NCBI GenBank assembly: GCA_036844565.1
Contig: DAIUFP010000006.1
Span: forward strand, 93,433-157,432
Length of the DNA stretch: 64,000 nucleotides
Direction: 5' to 3'
Origin: Gemmatimonadaceae bacterium
GTDB lineage: Bacteria > Gemmatimonadota > Gemmatimonadetes > Gemmatimonadales > Gemmatimonadaceae
Shown: one piece after another, positions 37,089-46,135 of the stretch
Layout of the letters: the number at the start of each line of letters is the position of its first letter
Position numbering within the stretch: the first letter of the stretch is position 1
Position numbers and translations under genes: made by a program
Notes under the pieces: model-generated
Told to the model about the DNA's origin: nothing
Seen by the model: only the letters and a program-made list of their open reading frames with translations
The model's database searches: none

Positions 37089-38591
37089 TCAGTCCGGCGT
37101 ACCGAGGTAGTTGTCGATCTGCGCGCGCTGAAGGGCGCCGGAGAAGTCGCAGTAGCCCACCTTCGTCTCCGAGTAGAACTCGTAGACCTCCCAGCCGCCC
37201 TCACGGTGTCCATTCCCCGTCTGCTTTACTCCCCCGAACGGCAGGTGTGCCTCGGCGCCGATGGTCGGCGCGTTGATGTAGGTGATGCCGTTGTCGAGCT
37301 GCTCGAAGGCGCGGAAGGCGAGGTTCACGTCGCGAGTGTAGAGCGACGAGGAAAGCCCGTACTTCACGCCGTTGTTGACGCGGAACGCCTCGTCGGCGTC
37401 CTCCACGCGGACCACGCTGAGGACGGGGCCGAAGATCTCCTCCTGCTCGATGCGCATCCCCTGATCCACGCGCGCGAAGATCGTGGGCTCGAAGAAGAAG
37501 CCGTGCTCGTACTTTCCGCCCTCCGGCGAGCGACCGCCACAGAGAAGGTCCGCACCATCGCTCTGACCAATGTCGATGTACCGCTCGACCTTCTTGCGCG
37601 ACGTCTCGTGGATCAGCGGCCCCACATCCGTGCCCTTCTTGCGGCCATCGCCGAGCTTCATGTCGCGGGCGCGGTCGACGAGGCGGCCGAGGAAATTGTC
37701 GTGGATGCCCTTCTGGAGGATGAGGCGACTGGTCGCGGTACAGCGTTGGCCGGTCGTGCCGAAGGCGCCCCAGAGGATGCCGTCGAGCGCGAGGTCGAGG
37801 TCCGCGTCGTCCATCACGATCATTGCGTTCTTGCCGCCCATCTCGAGCGACAGCCGCTTGTGCATGCGCCCGCAGGTTTCGCCGACGAGGCTTCCCGTCG
37901 CCGTCGAACCCGTAAACGAGACGACTGCCACATCCGGATGCTCGACGATCGGCGCGCCGACGTCCTTGCCGAGTCCGTGCACCAACTGAATCACCTCGGG
38001 GGGCAGCCCGGCTTCGAGCATGATCTCGACCAGCGTGTGACCCGTGTGCGGCACATCCTCGCTCGGCTTGAAGACGCACGCGTTCCCGCAGACGAGCGCC
38101 GGAAACATCTTCCAGGTCGGGATCGCCAGCGGGAAGTTGAACGGCGCGATGATGCCCGCCACGCCGATGGGCCGACGGAAGCTCATCGCCCACTTGTTCG
38201 CCATCTCGCTCGGGACGGTGCGCCCCGAGAGCTGCCTGCCCATCGTCGCCGCGTAGTACGCCGTGTCGATGCCTTCCTGCACGTCGCCGCGCGTCTCGGT
38301 GAGCGGCTTGCCCATCTCGCGCGTCATGGCGTCCGCGACTTCCTCCTTCCGCTGCGTCAGCAGGTCACCCACGCGTCGCAGCACGTCGCCGCGGGCCGGC
38401 GCTGGCGTCGCCCGCCACTGCGCGAATCCGCGCTTGGCCGACTGGACCGCGGCATCGACGTCGAGATGGTTCGAGAGCGGAAACTGGCCGATCAGGTCGC
38501 GCGTGTCGGCGGGGTTGCGATTCTCGAAATACGCCCCGGACTCCGGCGCGGTCCACTGGCCGGCGATGAAATTCTGGAAGGTCTTGGTCAT
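37089..38591 (-). CDS. NAD(P)-dependent aldehyde dehydrogenase
   Basis: FTGSTATG, LEMGGKNA and the catalytic Cys context GQRCTA. Confidence 0.9.
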   Translation of the reverse strand: MTKTFQNFIAGQWTAPESGAYFENRNPADTRDLIGQFPLSNHLDVDAAVQSAKRGFAQWRATPAPARGDVLRRVGDLLTQRKEEVADAMTREMGKPLTETRGDVQEGIDTAYYAATMGRQLSGRTVPSEMANKWAMSFRRPIGVAGIIAPFNFPLAIPTWKMFPALVCGNACVFKPSEDVPHTGHTLVEIMLEAGLPPEVIQLVHGLGKDVGAPIVEHPDVAVVSFTGSTATGSLVGETCGRMHKRLSLEMGGKNAMIVMDDADLDLALDGILWGAFGTTGQRCTATSRLILQKGIHDNFLGRLVDRARDMKLGDGRKKGTDVGPLIHETSRKKVERYIDIGQSDGADLLCGGRSPEGGKYEHGFFFEPTIFARVDQGMRIEQEEIFGPVLSVVRVEDADEAFRVNNGVKYGLSSSLYTRDVNLAFRAFEQLDNGITYINAPTIGAEAHLPFGGVKQTGNGHREGGWEVYEFYSETKVGYCDFSGALQRAQIDNYLGTPD

Positions 38592-38781
38592 GCCTTGAAG
38601 CTAAATGGGAGACGGCCGCCGTCGCACTCCGGAGGGCGAAACCCAAGGCGGCGGACGATCAGGCGGTGCTGGCCTCCGTTTCGAAAACGCGAGCCCCGAC
38701 CGAAGCTCTGAAGCACGTTCCTATCGTCAGATCTTCTGATGGTTCCGCGCCGACCACGCGACCCACACCTTTCCCGAGCCC

Positions 38782-39789
38782 ATGCGTCCTCCGTCGTCCG
38801 ACAACATCGCCGCGGCGATGTCCGTCATCGATCCGATCTTCCTGCACACGCCACTGCTGCGTGGCAGCTCGCTCGACCGCGCCGTGGACGCCGAGCTTTT
38901 CTGCAAGGTCGAGACGCTGAATCCTATCCGTTCCTTCAAGGGACGCGGCACGGAGCTTCTGGTCGCACACCTGCGCGACGCGCGGCCGCTCGTGTGCGCG
39001 TCCGCGGGGAATTTCGGACAGGGGCTCGCGCGCGCGGCCGCACGTCGCGGACGGAGTGTGGTCGTGTTCGCCGCACGCCGCGCCAACCCGCTGAAGGTCG
39101 AGGCAATGCGCGCACTCGGTGCCGAGGTGCGCCTTACGGGCACCGACTTCGATGCGGCGAAGGAAGCGTCGCGACGATTCGCCGCCTCGTCCGATTCGTA
39201 CTACGTGGAGGACGGCGCGCTGCCCGAGATCGCCGAAGGCGCGGGAACGATCGCGCTCGAAATCAGCGAAGCCGAGGTATCGCCGGAGGTCGTTCTGCTT
39301 CCGTTGGGCAACGGCGCGCTGGCGACCGGAATCGGGACGTGGTGCCGACACGCCGAGCCCAATGCGCGTGTCGTGGGAGTTGTCGCCGCGAGCGCACCGT
39401 CGATGCGCCTGTCGTTCGTTGCACGGGCGCCAATCGCAACGGATAAGGCGGAGACGATCGCCGATGGCATTGCCGTGCGCGAGCCGGTCCCGTATGCGGT
39501 CGAGTGCATGCGCAACACCATCGACGAGGTCGTGTCCGTCAGCGAGAAGTCGATCGTGCGCGCCATACGGTTGGTGCACGGCCACCTTGGACTCGTGATC
39601 GAGCCAGCGGGGGTTGTCGGCTTGGCGGCGTTGCTCGAGGATCCGTCGCGGTGGAGGGGGGCGCGGGTGGCCATTCCCCTCTGTGGCGGAAATGTCACCC
39701 AGGCGGATGCCCGGCAGTGGCTTTGTGGTACGTCACCAAGGCGACGGCCGAGCGGAGAACAACGGCAAGCCCACACTCCAGACTCGTAG
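38782..39789 (+). CDS. PLP-dependent threonine/serine dehydratase-family enzyme
   Basis: LNPIRSFKGRG (PLP lysine) and SAGNFGQG. The last ~15 codons run into the repeat at 39746-39845. Confidence 0.8.
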   Translation: MRPPSSDNIAAAMSVIDPIFLHTPLLRGSSLDRAVDAELFCKVETLNPIRSFKGRGTELLVAHLRDARPLVCASAGNFGQGLARAAARRGRSVVVFAARRANPLKVEAMRALGAEVRLTGTDFDAAKEASRRFAASSDSYYVEDGALPEIAEGAGTIALEISEAEVSPEVVLLPLGNGALATGIGTWCRHAEPNARVVGVVAASAPSMRLSFVARAPIATDKAETIADGIAVREPVPYAVECMRNTIDEVVSVSEKSIVRAIRLVHGHLGLVIEPAGVVGLAALLEDPSRWRGARVAIPLCGGNVTQADARQWLCGTSPRRRPSGEQRQAHTPDS

Positions 39790-39845
39790 TACCGAGTACT
39801 TCAGTACACGAAGTACGAAGGAGCACTGAACCTTTGGAAGGTTCC
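39746..39845. repeat. Single-arm copy of the GTAC-rich repeat seen at 6174-6346
   Basis: actccagactcgtagtaccgagtacttcagtacacgaagtacgaaggagcactgaacctttggaaggttcc aligns to the reverse complement of 6268-6346. It contains the 7-bp palindrome gaacctt-tgg-aaggttc. Confidence 0.65.
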
Positions 39846-39872
39846 TGATCGCGATGAATGGCCACGAGGCGC

Positions 39873-40007
39873 TCACCGCCATAGTAGTCCGGTGTCTATC
39901 AGCGATCGTATGCCATCGGTGGCCTTCGGAACGGCGACAGACGCCGCTGCGCAAGCGACGCACGTCGCCAACACGACAAGAGCCAGCCCTTTGGCCGTAA
40001 AGCGCAT
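39873..40007 (-). CDS. Possible 44-aa lipoprotein
   Basis: MRFTAKGLALVVLATCVAC... with a lipobox-like LATC. It is very short and unsupported otherwise. Confidence 0.2.
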   Translation of the reverse strand: MRFTAKGLALVVLATCVACAAASVAVPKATDGIRSLIDTGLLWR

Positions 40008-40035
40008 TACTCCGTTGCCAGTGGCGCGCGCGACT

Positions 40036-40530
40036 TCATGGCGCCGGCCGAACCGGCGCGCCGACAATGGGCGTCGCCGTCGGCGTCGTCGTCGCGGTGC
40101 AGACCCATCCCGCCCGTGCCGCATCAGTCTTTGCGTAGCCGCTGCGCGGAAGGATCTCCATGGCGCCGAGCGCGATACCCCAGATCACGAGGAGGAGCGA
40201 GAGCACGTGCGCTCGCGCCGTACGATGGCGCCACGTCCACACGCTGCTCCAAAGGCCGGCAACGGTGACGCCACCAACCGCGACGAGGTATCCCGCCAAA
40301 CCGACGCCGCATCGCGACGGATAAGGCCAGAACAGGATGCCCACGGCCAGCGCCGTCGCGAGCGCGAGCCGCAACAGAGCGGGCCACGTACGCGTCGACA
40401 CGCGCTCCGCCGCCACGGCTGCCTTCGCGGCGGGCGCCGCCGACTTGGCGGGCGCTGGAATGAGCGCCGAATCGGAAATCGACTCCAGCTGCTTGTCGAT
40501 CTTCTTGAGCTCCGCGTCCCAATCAGTCAT
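40036..40530 (-). CDS. Hypothetical membrane protein
   Basis: MTDWDAELKKIDKQLE followed by 4 TM segments. It starts 5 nt after the regulator stop. Confidence 0.5.
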   Translation of the reverse strand: MTDWDAELKKIDKQLESISDSALIPAPAKSAAPAAKAAVAAERVSTRTWPALLRLALATALAVGILFWPYPSRCGVGLAGYLVAVGGVTVAGLWSSVWTWRHRTARAHVLSLLLVIWGIALGAMEILPRSGYAKTDAARAGWVCTATTTPTATPIVGAPVRPAP

Positions 40531-40537
40531 GTGCGCC

Positions 40538-41959
40538 TCAACCGTCGTCTTCGTCGTCAGGGCCAAGTGCACCGGCGGACACCACTCCCGCCCCGCCTTC
40601 CCTGCTCAAGGCATAACGCTCGATCTTCTTGTAGAGATTCGATCGCGGCATTTCCAGCGCGCGCGCGGTCTCGCTGACGTTCCAGTCGAACGCCCGCAAC
40701 TTCGCCAGCAGATACGTCCGCTCGGCGGCATGCTTGAATTCATCGAAGGTCGCGACCTCCAGCAGTGATCCCAGTCCGCCGGATGTGGCATCATTGCGAC
40801 GGCCCGCCAGCCGATCGACATCATCCGCCGTGACCCGGTTGCCCACAGAGAGAATGAGCAAGCGTTCGATCGTGTTGCGGAGCTCGCGCACGTTGCCCGG
40901 CCAGTCGAGATGCTGGAGCTTCTGCACCGCGTCGTCTCCGATCGCGCGCGGCGCGAGGCCGCCAGCCGTCGTCAGCTGCGCCACGAAGTGCCCGATGAGC
41001 GAGGGAATGTCCTCACGTCGCTCACGCAGTGGCGGCACGTGAATCGGAACGACATTGAGCCGGTAATAGAGATCCTCGCGAAACCGTCCCGCGGTGATCT
41101 CCTCCTCGACGACCTTGTTCGTCGCCGCGAGAACGCGGACGTCGACCTTTACCGGCTTTGCTCCACCAATGCGGGTAACCACACCATCCTGAAGCACACG
41201 CAGCACCTTGGCCTGCGCGGCGAGACTCATGTCGCCGATCTCGTCGAGAAAGAGCGTGCCGCCATCCGCCTGCTCGAACTTGCCCGCACGATCGGCAACG
41301 GCCCCCGTGAATGAACCCTTCATGTGTCCGAAAAGCTCGCTCTCGATGAGCTCACCGGGAATCGCCGCGCAATTCACTTCGACGAACGGCCCTTTCGCCC
41401 GCGCCGATTGCGTGTGCACTGCGCGCGCGACGAGTTCCTTCCCGGTTCCGTTCTCACCTGTGATGAGCACCCGCGCCGGCGTCTTCGCCACGAGCGCGAT
41501 CTTCTCAGTCACCGCTCGAATTCCGTATGAGCCTCCTACAATTTCGAAGCGCGAGTGCACCGTGTCGCGCAATCGCTCGTTCTCCTCCTGGAGATCGAGG
41601 TGCGACAGCGCATTGCGCAGCGTCACGAGAATGCGATCGGTGTCGAGCGGCTTCTCGAGAATGTCGTACGCGCCGTGCTGCGTGGCCTCGACCGCGGTCT
41701 GGATGGTCGCATGGCCGCTGATCATCACGACGACCGCATTCGGGTCCTGCTCGCGGAGCTTCCGCAACGCCTCCAAGCCGTCGATGCCGGCCATCTTCAC
41801 GTCCATGAAGACGAGATGCGGACGGAACTTCGCATACTCCGAGAGGCCGTCCACGGCGTTCGCGGCCGTGTGCACCTCGTACCCCTCGAACTCGAGGAGC
41901 TGGCCGAGTGCGGCGCGGATCCCCTGTTCGTCGTCGACGATGAGGATCTTGCGGATCAC
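40538..41959 (-). CDS. Sigma-54-dependent response regulator (NtrC family)
   Basis: REC domain (ILIVDDE...MDVKMAG), AAA+ with GENGTGKE and GAFTGA-like GSFTGA, and a C-terminal Fis HTH. Confidence 0.92.
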   Translation of the reverse strand: MIRKILIVDDEQGIRAALGQLLEFEGYEVHTAANAVDGLSEYAKFRPHLVFMDVKMAGIDGLEALRKLREQDPNAVVVMISGHATIQTAVEATQHGAYDILEKPLDTDRILVTLRNALSHLDLQEENERLRDTVHSRFEIVGGSYGIRAVTEKIALVAKTPARVLITGENGTGKELVARAVHTQSARAKGPFVEVNCAAIPGELIESELFGHMKGSFTGAVADRAGKFEQADGGTLFLDEIGDMSLAAQAKVLRVLQDGVVTRIGGAKPVKVDVRVLAATNKVVEEEITAGRFREDLYYRLNVVPIHVPPLRERREDIPSLIGHFVAQLTTAGGLAPRAIGDDAVQKLQHLDWPGNVRELRNTIERLLILSVGNRVTADDVDRLAGRRNDATSGGLGSLLEVATFDEFKHAAERTYLLAKLRAFDWNVSETARALEMPRSNLYKKIERYALSREGGAGVVSAGALGPDDEDDG

Positions 41960-42615
41960 GGCGTCGCGCCCGTCGTCTTGTAGATCGTCACCTTGCCGTT
42001 CGCGATGCGAACGTCGGCGAGGCTCTTCGGCGTGGGAACCGGCAGCGCATCGGCGGCAATCCCTTCGGGGCGATTCCCCCGCGAGATCTGCTGCACCAAC
42101 CGCGGAATCGCACCACTCGGCACCTTGAAGTCGCGAATCTTGAGCTCGCGCACCTGAAACTCGCTGAGACCCGGGCGCACGACGCGGAAGCCGCCGCCGA
42201 TCGTGATCTTCTCGCGGTCGTTCAGCAGGCCACCGAGCGGACCAAGCGCGCCCGTGCCGGCGAGGTCCTTCATTGGGACGATCGCGCTGACGTAGAGCGC
42301 ATCGCCGATGACGGCCGCCTGCACGCTGTCGGACGACGACGGCAGCGTCTTCCCGACTGTCTGGAAGACATATGATCCGATCTCGGCCGCTGTGAGATTC
42401 GCGAATACCGGACCGCCCGGCGACTGCATCGCCTCGATGGCGCGCTTGCCCCTCTCACCCGCGGCCGGCGAGAGCGGTTGCCACACCGGCGTCGCTGCCA
42501 CTGTCGACGTCGGCGCGCCGGGGACCTTCGACATCCACTTGTCGCGCGTGATCCACCCCACGAGAGCGGCAATGGCCAACACCATGAGACATCCAATGCG
42601 TGCGATACATCCCAT
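41956..42615 (-). CDS. Hypothetical membrane-anchored protein
   Basis: N-terminal TM segment IGCLMVLAIAALVGWI. The gene overlaps the regulator start by 4 nt. Confidence 0.5.
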   Translation of the reverse strand: MGCIARIGCLMVLAIAALVGWITRDKWMSKVPGAPTSTVAATPVWQPLSPAAGERGKRAIEAMQSPGGPVFANLTAAEIGSYVFQTVGKTLPSSSDSVQAAVIGDALYVSAIVPMKDLAGTGALGPLGGLLNDREKITIGGGFRVVRPGLSEFQVRELKIRDFKVPSGAIPRLVQQISRGNRPEGIAADALPVPTPKSLADVRIANGKVTIYKTTGATP

Positions 42616-42618
42616 CGG

Positions 42619-43194
42619 TCAGCGCCCTCCCAGTGTCGCCGCGTGCATGCGGCGGTAGCGCGCGCCGGTTGGCGCGAGTGTGCTCTCGAACAACGTCATT
42701 TCAGCGACGTCCACGACTGCGCTGAAGTCTACCTTCCGCGCCGCGCGCGCGAGACGGCGAATGCGATCCACTTCAAGCACCGTTTTCACTCGCGCCAAGG
42801 TGATGTGCGGACGGAACGCACGGCCCTCGATCTCGAACCCGAGCCCCTCGGCGCCGAGCTCCAGATCGTGCTGCAGTAGCTCGAGCCGCGGGTCCGGTTC
42901 TACACCGAGCCACACTACACGTGCCCGGCGGAAGTTCGGAAAGGCGCCGACGCGTGAAAGGTGAATCGAAAATGGCCGGTGCGCACGCGTGACCTCGCCC
43001 AGCATCTGCACGAGGCTGTCAGCTCGTTCCTGCGGCACGTCGCCAAGAAATTTCAGCGTGAGGTGGCGATTGATCGCTTCGGTCCAGGAATATTCCGGCA
43101 CTTCGGCGCGGAGCGGTGCGACCACGAGGTCGAGCTCCTGGAGAACGGGCGGCGGAAGCTCGATCGCCACGAACATGCGATGCGGTGCGCTCAC
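42619..43194 (-). CDS. thpR: RNA 2',3'-cyclic phosphodiesterase (2H family)
   Basis: Two HxT/S motifs: HLTLKFLG and HITLAR. Confidence 0.85.
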   Translation of the reverse strand: MSAPHRMFVAIELPPPVLQELDLVVAPLRAEVPEYSWTEAINRHLTLKFLGDVPQERADSLVQMLGEVTRAHRPFSIHLSRVGAFPNFRRARVVWLGVEPDPRLELLQHDLELGAEGLGFEIEGRAFRPHITLARVKTVLEVDRIRRLARAARKVDFSAVVDVAEMTLFESTLAPTGARYRRMHAATLGGR

Positions 43195-43222
43195 GCCGTC
43201 CGCTCGACGCGACTCCGTCGCG

Positions 43223-43456
43223 CTAACCAGCGAGGCCGTCGCGCAGCTCCACCGCGACGTGCGAGAAGCCGTGCTCCCGCGCCAGCGCGAGCGTTGCGCG
43301 GCGAACTTCGAGATCGGTCAGCGCCGTCATCGTCGCACGATCCGCAATCAGCACCGCCAGACCAGCCCTCGGCTCCACGCGGCACACGAGGCCGCGCTCG
43401 GCGAGGGCTTGCTCGAAGGCGGACGGCTCGGCCGCCGATTCGCGGCGGATGCTCAC
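43223..43456 (-). CDS. Possible small protein (77 aa) translationally coupled to larE
   Basis: The GTG at 43456 overlaps the larE stop (GTGA). The frame stays open to 43223. I recognise no family. Confidence 0.3.
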   Translation of the reverse strand: MSIRRESAAEPSAFEQALAERGLVCRVEPRAGLAVLIADRATMTALTDLEVRRATLALAREHGFSHVAVELRDGLAG

Positions 43457-44316
43457 GTGGTGCCCACCCCGTGAAGCACGTTCAGCGAGCCCGAGCGGAA
43501 TCCGCGGACGTCGATTGCGACACGCGCGAAACCTGCGCCGAGTACTGCCGCGCGAAGATCGGCGAACTTCGCGGGCCGAATCCACGCCGCAAGTGATTCC
43601 TGCGACAGCTCCACGCGTGCGAGGTCGTCGTGATACCGGACGCGAAGGTCGTCACCGATGCCGAGGGCCCGAAGCGATCGCTCGGCCTGCTCGATCTGGC
43701 TGAGGCGCTCGGAGGTCACGCCCGTGCCGTACGGAAGTCGGGACGACAAGCACGGCGACGACGGCTGCGACCAAGTCGGGATGCCACGAGCACGAGAGCA
43801 CTCGCGGATCTCGGCCTTCGTAAAGCCCATATCGGCCAGCGGACTGGCGACCTCGTGCTCATGTGCCGCCTGCGCTCCGGGCCGATGATCGGACAAGTCG
43901 TCGGCGTTCGTCCCATCGGCGACGACGGCAAACCCTCGCGCACGCGCGAGCGGCACGAGCTTCGACCAAAGCTCGGTTTTGCAGAAGTAGCAGCGATTCG
44001 ACGGATTGGCCGCATAGCGCGGGTCGTTCAGCTCGTCGGTGTCGAGCTCCAGCACCGAAATGTCGAATGACGTTGCCACGTCCCGCGCGGCGGCCCACTG
44101 CGCCGCAGGATACGAAGCACTGCGGCCAATGATGGCGAGGACATTCTCGGCGCCGAGCACATCGCGGGCAACGACGGCCAGAAAGGCGGAATCGACGCCA
44201 CCGCTGTAGCCGATCGCAATGCGCCCGCACTGGCGCAGCCACGCGGCGAGCGACGCTTCCTTGCGGGCGGCGGCGTCGGCGATTTCGGCCGTCGGAGTTA
44301 GGGTGTCCTGCATCAT
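43453..44316 (-). CDS. larE: PP-loop ATP-dependent sulfur transferase LarE family
   Basis: PP-loop GYSGGVDSAFLA, NPSNRCYFCK and CLSSRLPYG. Confidence 0.8.
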   Translation of the reverse strand: MMQDTLTPTAEIADAAARKEASLAAWLRQCGRIAIGYSGGVDSAFLAVVARDVLGAENVLAIIGRSASYPAAQWAAARDVATSFDISVLELDTDELNDPRYAANPSNRCYFCKTELWSKLVPLARARGFAVVADGTNADDLSDHRPGAQAAHEHEVASPLADMGFTKAEIRECSRARGIPTWSQPSSPCLSSRLPYGTGVTSERLSQIEQAERSLRALGIGDDLRVRYHDDLARVELSQESLAAWIRPAKFADLRAAVLGAGFARVAIDVRGFRSGSLNVLHGVGTT

Positions 44317-44438
44317 CGTAAACTATCCGTCGATCGCGTTGGAATGCAGTCGCTCGATCGTACGTAGTGTGCCGTCGGCTCCAAGAGTTCCCGCCGCACA
44401 CAACGCACAGGCGCGCCTAGGGTCTTGCGCTTGATCCA

Positions 44439-44843
44439 TCATGGCGAAAGCAGACGCAAGGTCGGAAAATGCGCCCGATATCGCGACGCGTCACGCGTAA
44501 GAAGCGCCGCACCGCGAATGGCTGCGTGCGCTCCGATGTAGAAATCAGGTAATGGCGACCGCCGCACCCCGCCACCTTTCCGATAGCGCAGGAAGGATTT
44601 GCCCGCGAGAAACCCTGCCTCCCAAGGCAGCGGCTCGCGACGGAACAGGTCCGTCGGCAGTGCCTCCTCGAGCTCCTCGATGCGCGCGAAGCGCACCGAG
44701 ACCTCCGCGTAGATGATCGGATTGATCATCAGCACGGACGTCTCGGCGTATTCCTCCAGCGCCGACGACGACCAGTCGAACCACACCGGATCTTCGGTAA
44801 GGACATCGAGCAAAACGTTGCTGTCGACCAGGACATCCGCCAT
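44439..44843 (-). CDS. vapC: Type II toxin VapC (PIN domain)
   Basis: VLVDSNVLLDVL... with PIN acidic residues. It overlaps vapB by 1 nt. Confidence 0.85.
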   Translation of the reverse strand: MADVLVDSNVLLDVLTEDPVWFDWSSSALEEYAETSVLMINPIIYAEVSVRFARIEELEEALPTDLFRREPLPWEAGFLAGKSFLRYRKGGGVRRSPLPDFYIGAHAAIRGAALLTRDASRYRAHFPTLRLLSP

Positions 44844-45085
44844 CAGCGCGCGCCCGCTGGCGCGTCGCGCGTGAGCGCAAGAATCTCGTCCGTCGTCATG
44901 CGCACGCTGCCTCGACCGCGCATGTGCTGCACGAGCGCGCGTCCGCGGCGCGTCCCGCCGCCCGCCTTGGTCAGGATCGCGGTGTTGCCGCGAATGGTGA
45001 ACTCGACCTCCGTGTGCGGCAGGAGCCCCAACCGCTCTCGAACCTCGAGCGGAATCGTGACCTGCCCTTTTGTGGTGATCCGCAT
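44843..45085 (-). CDS. vapB: AbrB/SpoVT-type antitoxin VapB
   Basis: MRITTKGQVTIPLEVRERLGL. GGAGG lies 5 nt upstream of the ATG at 45085. Confidence 0.8.
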   Translation of the reverse strand: MRITTKGQVTIPLEVRERLGLLPHTEVEFTIRGNTAILTKAGGGTRRGRALVQHMRGRGSVRMTTDEILALTRDAPAGAR

Positions 45086-45174
45086 ACCAACCTCCATAGT
45101 ATTACTCTGATAAGTAATACTATCGGAGATCTCGCCTTCCCGCAAGCGCGTCCAGCAGTTGCAGGCAGCGTAGT

Positions 45175-45665
45175 TCACATACTCACGCGTCCATCAAATC
45201 GGTACAAGCCCACCAGCGCCTCAGCCACATGAACGGACCCGATCGTAGCGTTTTGTTCAAGATCGGCAATGGTTCTCGCCACACGCAACACGCGGTGAAA
45301 CGCACGCGCCGAGAGATGAAGACGCTCTCCAGCACTGGCCAGCAGTTCGCGCGCACGCGATTCGCGTGCTCCGTGCGCCTCGAGCCAGCGCCCCGGTGCA
45401 CGTGCGTTGCACGTATCGTCGCTGGAGTAGCGCGCGCGTTGTCGAGTGCGGGCGAGCTGCACGCGTTCGCGAACGGCCGGTGACCCTTCGCCGGTGCAGC
45501 GCTCCGAAAGTTTCGACAACGCGACCGCTGGGACGTGCACGTGGAGATCGATGCGATCGGCGAGAGGGCCCGACAGCCGGCCGCGATACTTCGCGACCTC
45601 CGCTGCGGCGCACACACACGGATGGGAGACGTCGCCCAGGTGACCGCATGGACAGGGGTTTGCGA
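45175..45665 (-). pseudogene. comM: Displaced comM 3' fragment (Mg-chelatase C-terminal domain only), probably the original chromosomal 3' end
   Basis: NPCPCGHLGDVSHPCVCAAAEVAKYRGRLSGPLADRIDLHV...RVLRVARTIADLEQNATIGSVHVAEAL parallels the last ~165 aa of the intact comM. It starts abruptly at the NPCxCG motif. Confidence 0.85.
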
Positions 45666-46080
45666 TACCCCTACCCTGGCCTTTGCTAAACCCAAGCGCC
45701 ACTATCCTTTAGCCCTCCTTACACTAGGCGATCATCTGCTGAAAAGAAGACTCGATTTGGGACATACTCGGAAGTTTGCTGCAAGCCTGATCGGTGTTGA
45801 TCCGGAGTCCCTGAAGAACTGGGAGGACGCGAGGACCGAGCCGGCAGTCGGGTTTTTCCCTCGCCTGATCTCCTATCTGGGCTACAATCCGTTGCCGGAG
45901 GCGGAAAACAGAGGGAGCCAAATTCGGCGAGAACGGATCAGCCGCGGCCTTTCCCGGAAGGCGCTTGCTGACTCAGTAGGAGTTGATGAAGGGACAGTTA
46001 AACGAATGGAGGAAGACGTCAAGGGAATGGCAAGGCGCGCGATTCGCGCAATTTGCCATGAACTCGATGTCGAGATGTAG
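45622..46080 (+). CDS. Double-HTH XRE-family regulator at the island end (copy 1)
   Basis: Two HTH units: LGDHLLKRRLDLGHTRKFAASLIGVDPESLKNWEDARTEP and IRRERISRGLSRKALADSVGVDEGTVKRME. The nearest in-frame ATG (45622) lies inside the comM relic, so the start is uncertain. Confidence 0.6.
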   Translation: MGDVAQVTAWTGVCDTPTLAFAKPKRHYPLALLTLGDHLLKRRLDLGHTRKFAASLIGVDPESLKNWEDARTEPAVGFFPRLISYLGYNPLPEAENRGSQIRRERISRGLSRKALADSVGVDEGTVKRMEEDVKGMARRAIRAICHELDVEM

Positions 46081-46097
46081 AGAAACAAATGCACTCA

Positions 46098-46135
46098 GGG
46101 CCGACGACCACTCCAATGTCGTCGGCTCTTCTTTT
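46098..46135 (+). terminator. Rho-independent terminator after XRE copy 1
   Basis: gggccgacgac-loop-gtcgtcggc followed by tcttctttt. Confidence 0.65.

Noticed and set aside
36486-38711. 741-aa plus-strand ORF
   Set aside because: It is antisense to lepB and the aldehyde dehydrogenase, both of which have clear catalytic motifs. It is a typical long shadow ORF of a high-GC genome.
45175-45702. Free-standing functional Mg_chelatase_C-domain proteins encoded by the comM relics
   Set aside because: The frames are open, but stop codons are rare in this GC context. The relics lack a start codon or RBS at the homology boundary, so I treat them as displaced gene ends.
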